IMG/VR virus record: IMGVR_UViG_3300010376_000067
Location: 1 to 41,071 of that record
Reading direction: 5' to 3' (one strand)
DNA length: 41,071 nucleotides
Origin: a virus
Taxonomy: Duplodnaviria; Caudoviricetes
Shown here piece after piece: positions 7,539-17,505 of this stretch. The notes under the pieces are model-generated. The model was given only the letters and a program-made list of their open reading frames with translations. It made no database searches and was not told the origin of the DNA. Within the stretch, counting starts at the first letter, position 1. Each line of letters opens with the position of its first letter. A program made the position numbers and the translations under genes.

Positions 7539-9121
7539 AAATCTTACCCCATCCGGTGTATCCGCTACCTAGTTACGAGGACAGTCAACGGGATCCTGAA
7601 GCGGTAAAGGCGTATTTACTCAAGCGCAATCAATTGATTGAGTTAGAGCACCAAGACCCATGGCGATATGGGTATCGGCCAAGTGTATGGGAGAAGGTGG
7701 AAGAGGAGTTAGGGCAAGGGCAACGGGAGATACTGATTACTGGTGGGAACAGAGCGTCTAAGAGCGAATACGCGGGCCGGAAGGTAGTTGAGGTACTAGA
7801 AGCAGGGGAGAAGAAAAGAGTGTGGTGTTTGCAGACTACGGAATCGAACTCTGTAGAGATGCAGCAACCCATAGTATTTCGCTACATTCCACTGGAGTAC
7901 AAGGGGTTAAAGAAGGGGCAGGTGCAGAACATTTCGTACACCCAAAAAAACGGTTTTTCGGAGAACAAATTCATTCTGCCGAATGGCTCTGAGTGCGTGT
8001 TTCGCAATTACGCGCAGGACATTACGGTGGTTGAGGGTGGGGATTGCGACCTGATCTGGTGCGACGAGTTGGTGCCGCTCTCTTGGATAGAGACGTTGCG
8101 GTACCGGTTGGTGACGCGTGCGGGGATATTGCTGATTACTTTTACGCCGATAGAGGGGTATAGCCCAGCGGTGCGCGAATTTCTTGATGGGGCGCGGACT
8201 ATTTCGTGGGTATGGGCGGAGTTGCTTGGGGAGAAGGTGCCTAAGGTGCAGCGGTGTGTGAGGCGGGGATCGAGCATTGTGTATTTTCACAGTGAGGATA
8301 ACCCGTTTGGTGGGTACGAAACGATGAAGGCGACGCTCTGCGATGCGCCCAAGAGCGAGATCAAGACGCGGGCGTACGGGATACCGACCAAGGCGATAGT
8401 GCAGAGGTTTCCGCGTTTCAGGGAGAACGTGCATGTATTGGAGCCTGAGCGGATACCTCGCGAGGGCAGCCGGTATCAGTTTGTGGATCCGGCGAATGCG
8501 CGGAACTGGTTTATGGTGTGGGTACTGGTGGATGCGCGGGGACGGCACTTTGTCTACCGGGAGTGGCCGTGTGAAGGGGTGTATATACCTGGGGTAGGTG
8601 ATCCTGGGCCGTGGGCGGAAGCGGACGGGCGAAAAGCGGATGGGCGGGCTGGGAGTGGGCAGACCAGCTACGGCTGGGGGCTAGAGCGGTACGTCGAGGA
8701 GCTTAGACGACTGGAGACAGGTGAGGATGGAGAAAGAGAGGAAGTAATCTGCCGGTGGATGGATTCGCGTTTTGGGAACACGCCTAATTTAAAGGCGGAC
8801 GCGGCGACGACGGTAATTGAGGAGTGTGCGGCGCTAGAGTTGGCATTTGCGCCGGCGCCGCTTGATCCGATAGAGGAAGGGGTAAGCCTGATCAATTCGT
8901 TATTGGATCATGACACAGGAAATGGTAAAGAAGCAAAACTCTATATTTCGAGTGAGTGTAAAGCGGTGATCTTCGCGCTGCGCGTTTGGACAGGTCGCGA
9001 TGAAAAGCTGGGGGCATGCAAGGATCCGATCGATTGTCTGCGGTACATGGCGTTGGCGGGATTAATGGACGTGGGGCAGAGCTTTCAATTGGTGGAACCA
9101 ATTGGCTGCGATCCCTTATGA
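7535..9121 (+). CDS. terL: terminase large subunit
   Basis: [10 protein letters not shown] Walker A, LIWCDE Walker B, TFTP motif, C-terminal nuclease region FVDPA...KDPIDCLRY. Confidence 0.92.
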   Translation: MKILPHPVYPLPSYEDSQRDPEAVKAYLLKRNQLIELEHQDPWRYGYRPSVWEKVEEELGQGQREILITGGNRASKSEYAGRKVVEVLEAGEKKRVWCLQTTESNSVEMQQPIVFRYIPLEYKGLKKGQVQNISYTQKNGFSENKFILPNGSECVFRNYAQDITVVEGGDCDLIWCDELVPLSWIETLRYRLVTRAGILLITFTPIEGYSPAVREFLDGARTISWVWAELLGEKVPKVQRCVRRGSSIVYFHSEDNPFGGYETMKATLCDAPKSEIKTRAYGIPTKAIVQRFPRFRENVHVLEPERIPREGSRYQFVDPANARNWFMVWVLVDARGRHFVYREWPCEGVYIPGVGDPGPWAEADGRKADGRAGSGQTSYGWGLERYVEELRRLETGEDGEREEVICRWMDSRFGNTPNLKADAATTVIEECAALELAFAPAPLDPIEEGVSLINSLLDHDTGNGKEAKLYISSECKAVIFALRVWTGRDEKLGACKDPIDCLRYMALAGLMDVGQSFQLVEPIGCDPL

Positions 9122-9663
9122 TAGAACTCCTGAAGTGCGAATGTCTTATTTGCGGAACTATTTTTGAAGTTCATCCTTCGCAACTCAAACACCGGACTCC
9201 AAAGTATTGCTCGCTTGCCTGTTACAATGTTGCGAGATTCCGCAGTCCATATTTAAATTGTTCTGTTTGCGGACGTCCCTTTAGAGCTAAGTCAGGGAAA
9301 GCAGGTAAACGTTACGAACATTGTTCAAATGTTTGCCGTCTTGCTGCTAATCATCTTCATAGCAAACGCGGAAAAATCTCTCCAACCTATTGTTCATGGC
9401 AGTCCATGAAGAGACGTTGTAATGGACTCAGCAACCAGAATTATTCACGCTACGGTGGGCGCGGCATCAAGGTGTGCCAACGTTGGGATCGATTCGAAAG
9501 CTTTCTAGCCGATATGGGCGAACGGCCAATTGGAATGACACTGGACAGAATCGATCCAAACGGCGATTATTGTCCACAAAATTGCCGCTGGGCGACTCCA
9601 ATTCAACAGAGTCACAATAAACGGAGTAGCAAAGTGAACGACGCCAGGAGGACTAGTCCGTGA
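9118..9663 (+). CDS. HNH endonuclease with N-terminal Zn-finger repeats
   Basis: CLICG..YCSLAC, CSVCG..HCSNVC, then [37 protein letters not shown]; ATG 9118 overlaps the terL stop. Confidence 0.88.
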   Translation: MIELLKCECLICGTIFEVHPSQLKHRTPKYCSLACYNVARFRSPYLNCSVCGRPFRAKSGKAGKRYEHCSNVCRLAANHLHSKRGKISPTYCSWQSMKRRCNGLSNQNYSRYGGRGIKVCQRWDRFESFLADMGERPIGMTLDRIDPNGDYCPQNCRWATPIQQSHNKRSSKVNDARRTSP

Positions 9664-11900
9664 ATTTTGCTGAAGTGAGGCGTTCATTTACGTGGTCACT
9701 TACAGAGGCATCCACTTACATCAGTTTCATTTCGACCTTGGACGATACGCGGTACTGCCGTTGGGCCGGCCAGACGTATGACGGCAGGAAATGGAGTGCG
9801 AACACTGGGAAAGAGGTGTTTCCATGGGAAGGTGCCTCCGACATCAGGCCGTACACGATTGATGACCTGATCAACGACGATGTGGACGTGATGTTAACGG
9901 CTTCGAAGAACTGCCATATGCAGACCGTGCCGAGTAATAGCTTGTACCAGGAACAGGCCAGTTGCACAACGGCGGTATTAGACTGGGTGATGCGCAACCT
10001 CTTGGCGGAAGAGATTGAGCGAGAAAAGACGCTCGCTGCACAATGGCGCCAGCATTACGGCTCAAGCGTTATGGGTGTGGATTGGTACCTGGACTTTGAC
10101 AGTGAGGTGGTGACGGTGAGTTTGCAGGATCTTTTCGCGATGGCGCAGATGGATCCGCAGCTGGGGAGTTTCTTGGAATACTTGATGCGGAACAAAGGGC
10201 GCCTCTCCCAATCCGACATGATGGGGGCGGCGCAGATGTTGTCCGCCTATTTTCCGGATCTGAACAGTCCAGCGCAAACGCCAGAAGAAGTGATTGATCC
10301 GACTACGAAGAGTGCGGGACCAACGCCCAAACCGACTCCGTACACGATTGATCGGGTGGCGCGCAACGCGACCGAAGCTTTGGGTATGTTAGGTGCCCAA
10401 GGGCAGTTTAGTTATGAACGGCCGTATGTGAAAGAGAATCGCCCGTGCGTCACGGCTTTGAGGACGTACCAGGACGTTTTCTTTTTTCGAAACACTTACG
10501 ATCTTCAGCGGCTGCCGTGGATAGTGAGGCGGGACGTGATTCCGAAAACGGCGGTAATCGATCGTAGCCGGTACGAGGGTTGGGATCCGGAGTTTACCAC
10601 TGAGATAATCGAGCGAGCCGGGAGCACGGCACTCTTGAATCTTGGGTTACAGACGCTCTTTCGGTTCAGGGACCGGCTATACGTGGACGAGATGAAGGAG
10701 CTATGCGAGGTCTACTATGCTTTTCATCGCGGAGAAGATTCCAAGAACCGGCGCCAGATTGAGGTCAGTATTTTTCACCCGAACTTCGACCGGCTGGGCC
10801 GGCAATTGCCGTTGCCGTATCTGCACGGGAAATATCCTTTTGTCTTGTGCGAGCGAGAAAAGCGCTCGCGGAGTGTTCTGGAGTCCAGAGGGATTGGTGA
10901 CATTGCGATGACGGCGCAAGCTGAGATCAAGTTTCAGAAAGATGCCAGAAATGATAGGACCGCGATTTCGACATTGCCCCCCTTGCAAGTGCCGTTGGGC
11001 AGAGGGCGCCAGCAATACAAGCTTGGGCCGCGTGCGCAGTTAGGCGTGATGCGGCCGGGAGAGCTAAGTTGGTTGCCACCACCGCCCTTGGATCAGACCA
11101 CTTACCAGACCGAGATGAGTATTCGCCAGGATCTGGCTAACTATTTCGGGCGCAACATGGAAGGGGTAGACACTAACAAGGTCTTACGCAAACAGCAGCG
11201 CTTAGTGGACGATTGGCTGGCGGAGTTGCGAATGGTGCATGTCCAGATTTACCAGTTATGCATGCAGTACCTGCCGGATGAGGACTGGGTAACGGCTGCG
11301 GGCGATCCGGCGGCGATCCCGCAACGGGATAGGAAAAGTATCCAGCGCAACCTGAACCTGGTGCTCGAATATGACGCGAAAGATTTGAACCAGGAATTTG
11401 TCACGGCAAAGTTAAACCTGATTCAGCAGATGTTAGTTGCCACGGACGCGGCTGGCGTACTGGATCGTGCGGGCCTGACGATGTACGCGGCACGGGCGCT
11501 TGATCCGGCGTTAGCCAGGCAGTTGATTCAGCCGCAAGCCGCGGTTACTCAACAGGAGATTAATGACGAGCAATCGCAACTCTCGAAAATCGCGGACGGG
11601 ATCGAACCGCCGCTTTATACCTCTGGACAGAACGCGCAATTGCGGTTGCAGGTAATCCAGAATACGGTCAGTCAGCAGGGGTACATCGACGCTTTGCGAC
11701 AGAACCCGATCTCGTTGCAGTTACTCCAGAGACGTGTCCAGAATTTGCAATTTCAAGTTCAACAACAGCAAAATGCCGTGACTGGCAAGTTGGGCGTTTC
11801 ACCTGGACCGATTCAAAATCTTTCTGGAGTCGGTCCCGCACCTCCGCAAAGCACGTTAATGGGCGGCGGTACCTATGGTCAATCTGGTGGCGGAGGATGA
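9660..11900 (+). CDS. portal protein (podovirus type)
   Basis: 746 aa after TerL; AGGAGG RBS before the GTG; [17 protein letters not shown] and ESRGI motifs; Q-rich tail. Confidence 0.85.
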   Translation: MNFAEVRRSFTWSLTEASTYISFISTLDDTRYCRWAGQTYDGRKWSANTGKEVFPWEGASDIRPYTIDDLINDDVDVMLTASKNCHMQTVPSNSLYQEQASCTTAVLDWVMRNLLAEEIEREKTLAAQWRQHYGSSVMGVDWYLDFDSEVVTVSLQDLFAMAQMDPQLGSFLEYLMRNKGRLSQSDMMGAAQMLSAYFPDLNSPAQTPEEVIDPTTKSAGPTPKPTPYTIDRVARNATEALGMLGAQGQFSYERPYVKENRPCVTALRTYQDVFFFRNTYDLQRLPWIVRRDVIPKTAVIDRSRYEGWDPEFTTEIIERAGSTALLNLGLQTLFRFRDRLYVDEMKELCEVYYAFHRGEDSKNRRQIEVSIFHPNFDRLGRQLPLPYLHGKYPFVLCEREKRSRSVLESRGIGDIAMTAQAEIKFQKDARNDRTAISTLPPLQVPLGRGRQQYKLGPRAQLGVMRPGELSWLPPPPLDQTTYQTEMSIRQDLANYFGRNMEGVDTNKVLRKQQRLVDDWLAELRMVHVQIYQLCMQYLPDEDWVTAAGDPAAIPQRDRKSIQRNLNLVLEYDAKDLNQEFVTAKLNLIQQMLVATDAAGVLDRAGLTMYAARALDPALARQLIQPQAAVTQQEINDEQSQLSKIADGIEPPLYTSGQNAQLRLQVIQNTVSQQGYIDALRQNPISLQLLQRRVQNLQFQVQQQQNAVTGKLGVSPGPIQNLSGVGPAPPQSTLMGGGTYGQSGGGG

Positions 11901-12088
11901 TGACGAAGCATCAGATACTGGAAACCTACGGGAAGAGCATCTACCAGATCCGGCTGGATGTGGCGCTGCGCCATTATGGAGGTGAGACCGACGCGAAACG
12001 TGCGCTGTCGATTGCCGATCGTTTTATTAGAGAACTGTTAAACGAGAATATTGACGATCTAAAAGAGTATGGACAAGAACGATTATAA
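11897..12088 (+). CDS. hypothetical protein
   Basis: 63 aa, ATGA overlap with the portal stop. Confidence 0.6.
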   Translation: MMTKHQILETYGKSIYQIRLDVALRHYGGETDAKRALSIADRFIRELLNENIDDLKEYGQERL

Positions 12089-12320
12089 CACGGAACCGGC
12101 GCATCCCGGCAATGTACTGGAACCGGACCAATTACCGGAGAGTCCGCCGGAATTTCAACGTGGCACTCAGGCGCCCAGGAGCGATGAGTCTGGGCCGCAA
12201 ACGAAAGTTCATCCGACTACTGCACTTGATATCCGGAGCGGGCAGAAAGGCAGCCGGCCAGGTAAACCGTCGAGTGGGACGCATCCGACAACTGAACTCG
12301 ATATTCGGAGAAGACGATGA
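12069..12320 (+). CDS. small disordered protein with duplicated HPTTxLDIR motif
   Basis: HPTTALDIR and HPTTELDIR; overlaps both neighbours. Confidence 0.6.
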   Translation: MDKNDYNTEPAHPGNVLEPDQLPESPPEFQRGTQAPRSDESGPQTKVHPTTALDIRSGQKGSRPGKPSSGTHPTTELDIRRRR

Positions 12321-12784
12321 GCTTTGAATATCATGAACCGGCAAATGCGGTAGCGGAACTGTCGAATGCGGGAACAGATCTTTCGCCTGAACCGTTAGCC
12401 AATCCTCCGTTGACGAATATCATGTCGAGTTGTCCGAGACCCTGGTCGGGCGACCCTGGTTTTTTAGAGTGGACGACCAGTCTGTACAATCAGGCTTTAG
12501 GCAGTGTGCCTCAGACAAGCCCTCCGACCTTGACCAAGGTCACGCCGAAACATGTCAAAGCCAATACGAGTGTGACCGTGACGTTGACCGGGACTGGATT
12601 CGATGTCGCGACGGTCAAGGCCCAGATTGTCGCCACGCAGTTAACGGCCATTTCGCCGACCACAAGCTCGTTTCAGGTGACGATTACGCCTGCGTTGATT
12701 TCTACTCCCGGTTCAGTAGTTCAGATCAGCGCAGTACAGTTGAGCGGCGTGATCAGTAACGCGGTCAACCTTTACACCGACTAG
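12317..12784 (+). CDS. IPT/TIG Ig-like domain virion decoration protein
   Basis: PTLTKVTP...VTLTGTGF...SNAVNL pattern. Confidence 0.75.
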   Translation: MSFEYHEPANAVAELSNAGTDLSPEPLANPPLTNIMSSCPRPWSGDPGFLEWTTSLYNQALGSVPQTSPPTLTKVTPKHVKANTSVTVTLTGTGFDVATVKAQIVATQLTAISPTTSSFQVTITPALISTPGSVVQISAVQLSGVISNAVNLYTD

Positions 12785-12789
12785 CGCGA

Positions 12790-13233
12790 ATGGAAAATCT
12801 TATGCAAACGCCTCCTCCTTTAGTCAGTGCTGTCGGTTTGTGGTACGCCTATTTCGGACCTCAGACTCATCCCGGTGACGGAGCAACACACCAACTCGAG
12901 TTGCAACAGATCGGTACTCTCGGCAACTCGTCCCTTTTCACCGATGCACCCAACGGTATGGCGCTCACCCATCGCGCAATCGTCAACGTCGACGTGCACG
13001 CCAGTGCAGAGCACACTGTCGTCGTCGAGCGTACACTCATGGTCCAACTAGATAAAGGCGACTCCGGCGGATTAATGGATCGAGGACAATCGATCATGAT
13101 CGCTGGCGAAGGAAACTCGGCATATCAGGGATTGCTCGAAGCCGGACATATCGTTCGGGCGGCAGTAAGTGCGCCGGGGGACCAGATTAGCGTGACCGAC
13201 GGTTACATCAGTGTTCAGGCCCAGCCCGTTTAA
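12790..13233 (+). CDS. beta-rich hypothetical virion protein
   Basis: 147 aa with alternating beta strands, located in the head module. Confidence 0.6.
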   Translation: MENLMQTPPPLVSAVGLWYAYFGPQTHPGDGATHQLELQQIGTLGNSSLFTDAPNGMALTHRAIVNVDVHASAEHTVVVERTLMVQLDKGDSGGLMDRGQSIMIAGEGNSAYQGLLEAGHIVRAAVSAPGDQISVTDGYISVQAQPV

Positions 13234-13728
13234 ATGAAGCACAAAAAACACAAGACCAAAAAGCATATGAGCGAAGAGACTGACACGGTCCACGAGGAAA
13301 CTCCCGCCTATACGGAGCCGGCGATTGGCGGTGGCGATTACGTGATTACGGACGTGAAGCAACCAAAGGACCAGCAGGCGTTGGTGGATCTGATGGCTTC
13401 GTGTCCGAACAGTTGGCAAGGCGACGAAGGATTTAAGCAATGGTGCGAGAAAGTGTACGGAGCGGGGGCTGCGAGCGTGACGCCGCCGGCACCTGTGATT
13501 GCTTCGATTTCTCCGACTGGCGTTACTGCTGCGACGACCGGTTTTATCCTTTATGTATCCGGCACCGGATTTGTTGATGCGGTGGTGATAGCCGCCGGCG
13601 CGGACCAGTCGACAACCGCGAGTGCGGCAATTGATGATGCCATTATCGCGGCGGCCGGAACGGTTGAGGTCCAGGTTCGCAATGCGGACGGACAGTTGAG
13701 CAACTCGGTCGAGCTGACAGTGAGCTAG
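13234..13728 (+). CDS. IPT/TIG Ig-like domain virion decoration protein
   Basis: PVIASISP...LYVSGTGF...VQVRNADGQLSNSVELTV. Confidence 0.78.
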   Translation: MKHKKHKTKKHMSEETDTVHEETPAYTEPAIGGGDYVITDVKQPKDQQALVDLMASCPNSWQGDEGFKQWCEKVYGAGAASVTPPAPVIASISPTGVTAATTGFILYVSGTGFVDAVVIAAGADQSTTASAAIDDAIIAAAGTVEVQVRNADGQLSNSVELTVS

Positions 13729-13730
13729 CG

Positions 13731-13907
13731 ATGCCGGTTAAAGGCACAAACATCTATCTGTTCCAATGGTACTGGCGGGCGGATATCAATTACTCGCAGC
13801 CGGTGCCTAGCGGGACGTTTGACGTGCCGACCACGCCGATCCCGCCCGTCCCTCCGAAAAACGCTCCTGCGCCACCACCACGGCAAACGCTTGCCACTAA
13901 AAAGTAA
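13731..13907 (+). CDS. 58-aa Pro-rich protein (not in the ORF track)
   Basis: Hand translation MPVKGTNIYLFQWYWRADINYSQPVPSGTFDVPTTPIPPVPPKNAPAPPPRQTLATKK fills the gap between neighbours. Confidence 0.65.
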   Translation: MPVKGTNIYLFQWYWRADINYSQPVPSGTFDVPTTPIPPVPPKNAPAPPPRQTLATKK

Positions 13908-13920
13908 TCTAGCCAAAGAA

Positions 13921-14211
13921 GTGCCGATCGTCCGTATCGTCGAGAGAGCGGACTTTGCGCCTGAGCTTTTGCCCCAGATCCTGCGCGAGATCAACGATCG
14001 GCAATGGGGTGCGGTACAGCAGGTCTTGATCGAGGCGAAGTTTAAAGCTGAGTCGATGCTTCGCAACGACAACGTGTTCGAAAAGCCTGGGTTAGTGGCA
14101 TTTTATCAGGGCTGGAGCGTTTACGCTGATTACGTGATCAGCGGCCTGGAGACTCTGCGCTCCAAACCGTCTGAATTTCACCCAGGACCGGAGCCAGGTC
14201 CAGAAAACTGA
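13921..14211 (+). CDS. small helical protein before scaffold
   Basis: GTG start at 13921 after the previous stop; the typical small gene between portal and scaffold. Confidence 0.6.
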   Translation: MPIVRIVERADFAPELLPQILREINDRQWGAVQQVLIEAKFKAESMLRNDNVFEKPGLVAFYQGWSVYADYVISGLETLRSKPSEFHPGPEPGPEN

Positions 14212-14411
14212 ATTTTCTGGGGGGGTATAATCTACCAGCCCACCTCATCAAACGCGCTGTACGGTCAAATGTGAACGGTCACAAAAGTCCGTGGTATCGA
14301 ATCAGCTTGATTTTTACCACTTTTAGGGGCAGAAAAAGGGTTTAAAGGCGTCTGGGCGGCCTTAAAACGCCCTGGAGACGAGATTTAGAGCGATTTCTTG
14401 GTTTTTGAACC

Positions 14412-15455
14412 ATGGCAGAGGAGAGAGAGACCTCCCAGACTGTTGAAAAGCCGGCAACTCCAGCTCCGCCAGAGCCGGATGTCGATAGTCTGCTTACCAC
14501 ACTCCCAGAGTTGAAGGGTTTGTTCGATGGAACACCTAAAGACGACGCTGGGAAGACGGAGCCACCAAAAGGCGAGGTCGTAACGGAACCGGCCGCGCCA
14601 GAGACTGCTCCAACGGAGAGTCTAGAGGATCTGATTCCAGAAGGGCTTAAACCTGAAGAGGAAAAGCCACCGGAAGAAGCCAAAAAAGACGATTCTGTCA
14701 GTGAGAAAGTCCAGAAACGGATCGACGAACTGACTGCGAAACGGAAAAGTGCGGAGGAACGTGCTCACGCTCTTGAGGCCGAGTTAACTGACTTAAAAGC
14801 CAAGTATCAGGCGCCGGCACCGATCGCGCCGACTCCTGAAAACCCATTGGCTGATATTGAGACTGAAGCAGCCCTGTCCAAAAGGGCTAATGACATCCAG
14901 CAAGCAAAAGCTTGGTGTTATCAGAATCTTGATGGCGGCCAAGTACCTGATGGTAAGGGTGGTACGAGATGGGCGGATGGGAAAGAGGTGAAGGGTTATC
15001 TCGCGGATGCCGAGATAATGACTTCCAAGCACATACCGGAACGCGCAAAATTCATCGCTGCCAAGAAACTCTTCGACGTGGATGCTCACAGGGAATATCC
15101 GGCGATATACAAGGAAGGAACCGAACCTCATAAGATCTATAATGTATGGCGGGCGGCGCTTCCTAAATTATTCGCCGAATATCCTGATGCAGACCTGATT
15201 GTCGGAGACGCGCTTGTAGGTCAGAAAATTCGTCTTGATCGCGCTAAGAACCGCTCAAACGGTCAACTTCCAGCTTCTGCTCAGAAACCTCTATCGACTC
15301 CTGCCCCGGCTGCCTCTCCCAAGGTTCCTCAATCAAGAGCACTGAGCGGTGCGGCTTTGACAGCTGCCTTTCAGGAGAATCCGGATGCGGCTTTTAACTC
15401 ATTTGTCGATACCCTGATTGATGGCGCGGCTGCGCAGCGAAGTGCTAGCAGATAG
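14412..15455 (+). CDS. capsid scaffolding protein
   Basis: Acidic Pro-rich N-terminus, VQKRIDELTAKRKSAEE coiled coil, directly before the major capsid gene. Confidence 0.82.
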   Translation: MAEERETSQTVEKPATPAPPEPDVDSLLTTLPELKGLFDGTPKDDAGKTEPPKGEVVTEPAAPETAPTESLEDLIPEGLKPEEEKPPEEAKKDDSVSEKVQKRIDELTAKRKSAEERAHALEAELTDLKAKYQAPAPIAPTPENPLADIETEAALSKRANDIQQAKAWCYQNLDGGQVPDGKGGTRWADGKEVKGYLADAEIMTSKHIPERAKFIAAKKLFDVDAHREYPAIYKEGTEPHKIYNVWRAALPKLFAEYPDADLIVGDALVGQKIRLDRAKNRSNGQLPASAQKPLSTPAPAASPKVPQSRALSGAALTAAFQENPDAAFNSFVDTLIDGAAAQRSASR

Positions 15456-15467
15456 TAACTAGCAAAA

Positions 15468-16490
15468 ATGGCTTTATTAACTGAACCGGTCCAGGTGGGC
15501 CGCAGGGAGGACTTCGCGGACGTGATCGCGATGGTCGATTATAAGGACACTCCCTTCTCTTCAATGGTGCCTAAAGGCACTGAACCGGCCAATACCTTAT
15601 ACGATTGGCAAATGGATGCCTACGCTGCAGTAGCCCTGGGGGGTATTGTAGACGGTGTAGACGTCGCTACCACGGACTATGTTAACCCTGCCTCACAAAG
15701 GGCCAAGGCGCACGGACGCATTCAGAAGTGGCGTTCTGCCTTTATGGTCTCGGATTTTGCGCAGAACGTCTCTGACGTGGCAGGAATCGGGAAACGCGGT
15801 GAGATGCAGAGGGCGGTCAAGAAAGCGATCGTCCAGATTAAGCGTAACATGGAGGCTACTTTCTGTAGTGACCAGGACTCTCAAGCCGATAACGGAACGG
15901 TGCCGTACCTGACCAGGGGGCTGGGCGCCTGGATAAACGCTGGAGAGGTGACGATCACCGATGCGGCAACGGCTTGTCCGCCCGCTTTTGTGACGCCGGC
16001 CGCCGCGGTGATTACCAAGACCACCGTGAACACGCTGGAAAGCGATATCAACGGTGCGATGGCTGCGATCTATTTGCAGACTGGGCAACAGAAGGATTTT
16101 GACCTGTTGTGCGGGATTAACTTGAAACAACAGTTTTCTTCCTATGCAGCCTGGGTGCCGAGTGCGGTTACTACCGTGCCGCTGCGCAGGTATAACCAGG
16201 ATGCGAGCTCTAAATCGATCATCGCGACAGTCGATTTTTGGCAAGGGGATTTTGGAAGTGTTAAGTTAATACTATCATTATTCCTGGCAGCTAACTCTGC
16301 TGTTCAAAACGTGATCAATGGGCGTGGCTATTTCGTCGATTGGGACCAGCTGGAGTTGAGGTACAATCGGATGCCTGGTTATCAGGAAAATCCGAACCTC
16401 GGTGGCGGACCTAGAGGCTACGTTGATGCAGTGGCTGGTTTGGTAGTGTATAATCCACTGGGACTTGGGAAGGTTGCTCCAACTGCATAA
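15468..16490 (+). CDS. major capsid protein (DUF5309/SU10-like)
   Basis: GRREDFADVI...DTPFSSM...YDWQMD, IKRNME, TRGL and DFG motifs. Confidence 0.88.
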   Translation: MALLTEPVQVGRREDFADVIAMVDYKDTPFSSMVPKGTEPANTLYDWQMDAYAAVALGGIVDGVDVATTDYVNPASQRAKAHGRIQKWRSAFMVSDFAQNVSDVAGIGKRGEMQRAVKKAIVQIKRNMEATFCSDQDSQADNGTVPYLTRGLGAWINAGEVTITDAATACPPAFVTPAAAVITKTTVNTLESDINGAMAAIYLQTGQQKDFDLLCGINLKQQFSSYAAWVPSAVTTVPLRRYNQDASSKSIIATVDFWQGDFGSVKLILSLFLAANSAVQNVINGRGYFVDWDQLELRYNRMPGYQENPNLGGGPRGYVDAVAGLVVYNPLGLGKVAPTA

Positions 16491-16507
16491 CTGGAGAAAA
16501 TACTTGC

Positions 16508-16642
16508 ATGTATGTGGGCCATTCTACACGATGGTCCCATGCATGGCAGGGATTTATACAGCAACAGATTGCCGAGAAATTCGGAGTGAATCGCTCCACT
16601 ATTGGTAAGATCCTGCGTGGAGAACGTTGGAAACATGCATAA
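16508..16642 (+). pseudogene. internally deleted GIY-YIG-like homing endonuclease remnant retaining its HTH tail
   Basis: Hand translation MYVGHSTRWSHAWQGFIQQQIAEKFGVNRSTIGKILRGERWKHA. Confidence 0.6.
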
Positions 16643-16999
16643 ATGGCGCAAGAAATCACGGGGTGGGAAGACTTTGCCCGCGACTTGGTGGCAGTTCATG
16701 GCGAAGAGTTCCTCAGAGGATTCGTTAAATCAATCACCGACGAACTCGAAGCTGAACGGGAACTCGCTTTTGCCAGTCAAAGGCGAATTGCTGCTGCCAC
16801 TGAACAACTCGACGAGGTCTTCCTCGACGGAATAGGCGAATGCCATATGCGCGTGGATCTGACAGCGTTCTGGCATTGGATCCACCGATATGGTAGGAAT
16901 ATATGGAATGATCAGGATTTTGTGAAGGCATACAAGCGCGACAATCCAGAAGTCCGCGTGAAGTCACGCTCTAAAAAAATAATGGTCGGATATCGATGA
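16643..16999 (+). CDS. hypothetical protein after capsid gene
   Basis: 118 aa, GIGEC...FWHW..RYG..IWNDQDF...RDNPEVRV. Confidence 0.75.
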   Translation: MAQEITGWEDFARDLVAVHGEEFLRGFVKSITDELEAERELAFASQRRIAAATEQLDEVFLDGIGECHMRVDLTAFWHWIHRYGRNIWNDQDFVKAYKRDNPEVRVKSRSKKIMVGYR

Positions 17000-17505
17000 C
17001 TTGGGAACAAATAGAACTGTTCGAAATCTGGCGACAAGTAATCGGCTATGAAGGTTACTACGAAGTTAGTAACTGGGGGCGTGTTCGAAGTGTGGCTAGC
17101 GGACAGGGACGACGTACCGGAAGAGTACTAAATTCGCACCAAAATCCTGATGGTTACCTTTTAGTTCCGCTAACAAAAGATCGAAAAAGGAAAGACTTTG
17201 GAATCCATCGATTAGTTTTGGCAGCGTTTTCTGGTCCATGTCCGGTTGGAAAGGAAGTTGACCACATCGATGGCAATCGATCGAATAATATTGTCCTTAA
17301 TTTGCGTTATGTGAGTCGTAGTCAAAACATGGCTGCCGCTTATCAACGTTGTCCAGACAAATGGAATAACCTTCGTCATCAAAAGCTGCAAGCAACAGAT
17401 CTCGTAGAGATAAGAAGGCTTTCGATAGAAGGAATGTCGGGCAAGTCCATTGCCGAACGATTTGCGGTAACGCCAACGCGGATTTCGCAAATTCTCCGGA
17501 AATGA
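16996..17505 (+). CDS. NUMOD4-HNH homing endonuclease with C-terminal HTH
   Basis: EIWRQVIGYEGYYEVSNWGRVRS (NUMOD4), IHRLVLAAF, VDHIDGNRSNN..NLRY. Confidence 0.93.
   Translation: MTWEQIELFEIWRQVIGYEGYYEVSNWGRVRSVASGQGRRTGRVLNSHQNPDGYLLVPLTKDRKRKDFGIHRLVLAAFSGPCPVGKEVDHIDGNRSNNIVLNLRYVSRSQNMAAAYQRCPDKWNNLRHQKLQATDLVEIRRLSIEGMSGKSIAERFAVTPTRISQILRK

Noticed and set aside
7907-8548. Long antisense ORFs inside terL, capsid (15693..16244), the giant protein (32043..32873) and 34534..35103
   Set aside because: They fully overlap well-supported genes on the other strand and carry no motifs
9016-9663. Group I intron splitting terL or portal
   Set aside because: TerL ends with its complete nuclease motif, the portal has its own AGGAGG RBS, and the HNH ORF fills the gap with no room for intron structure
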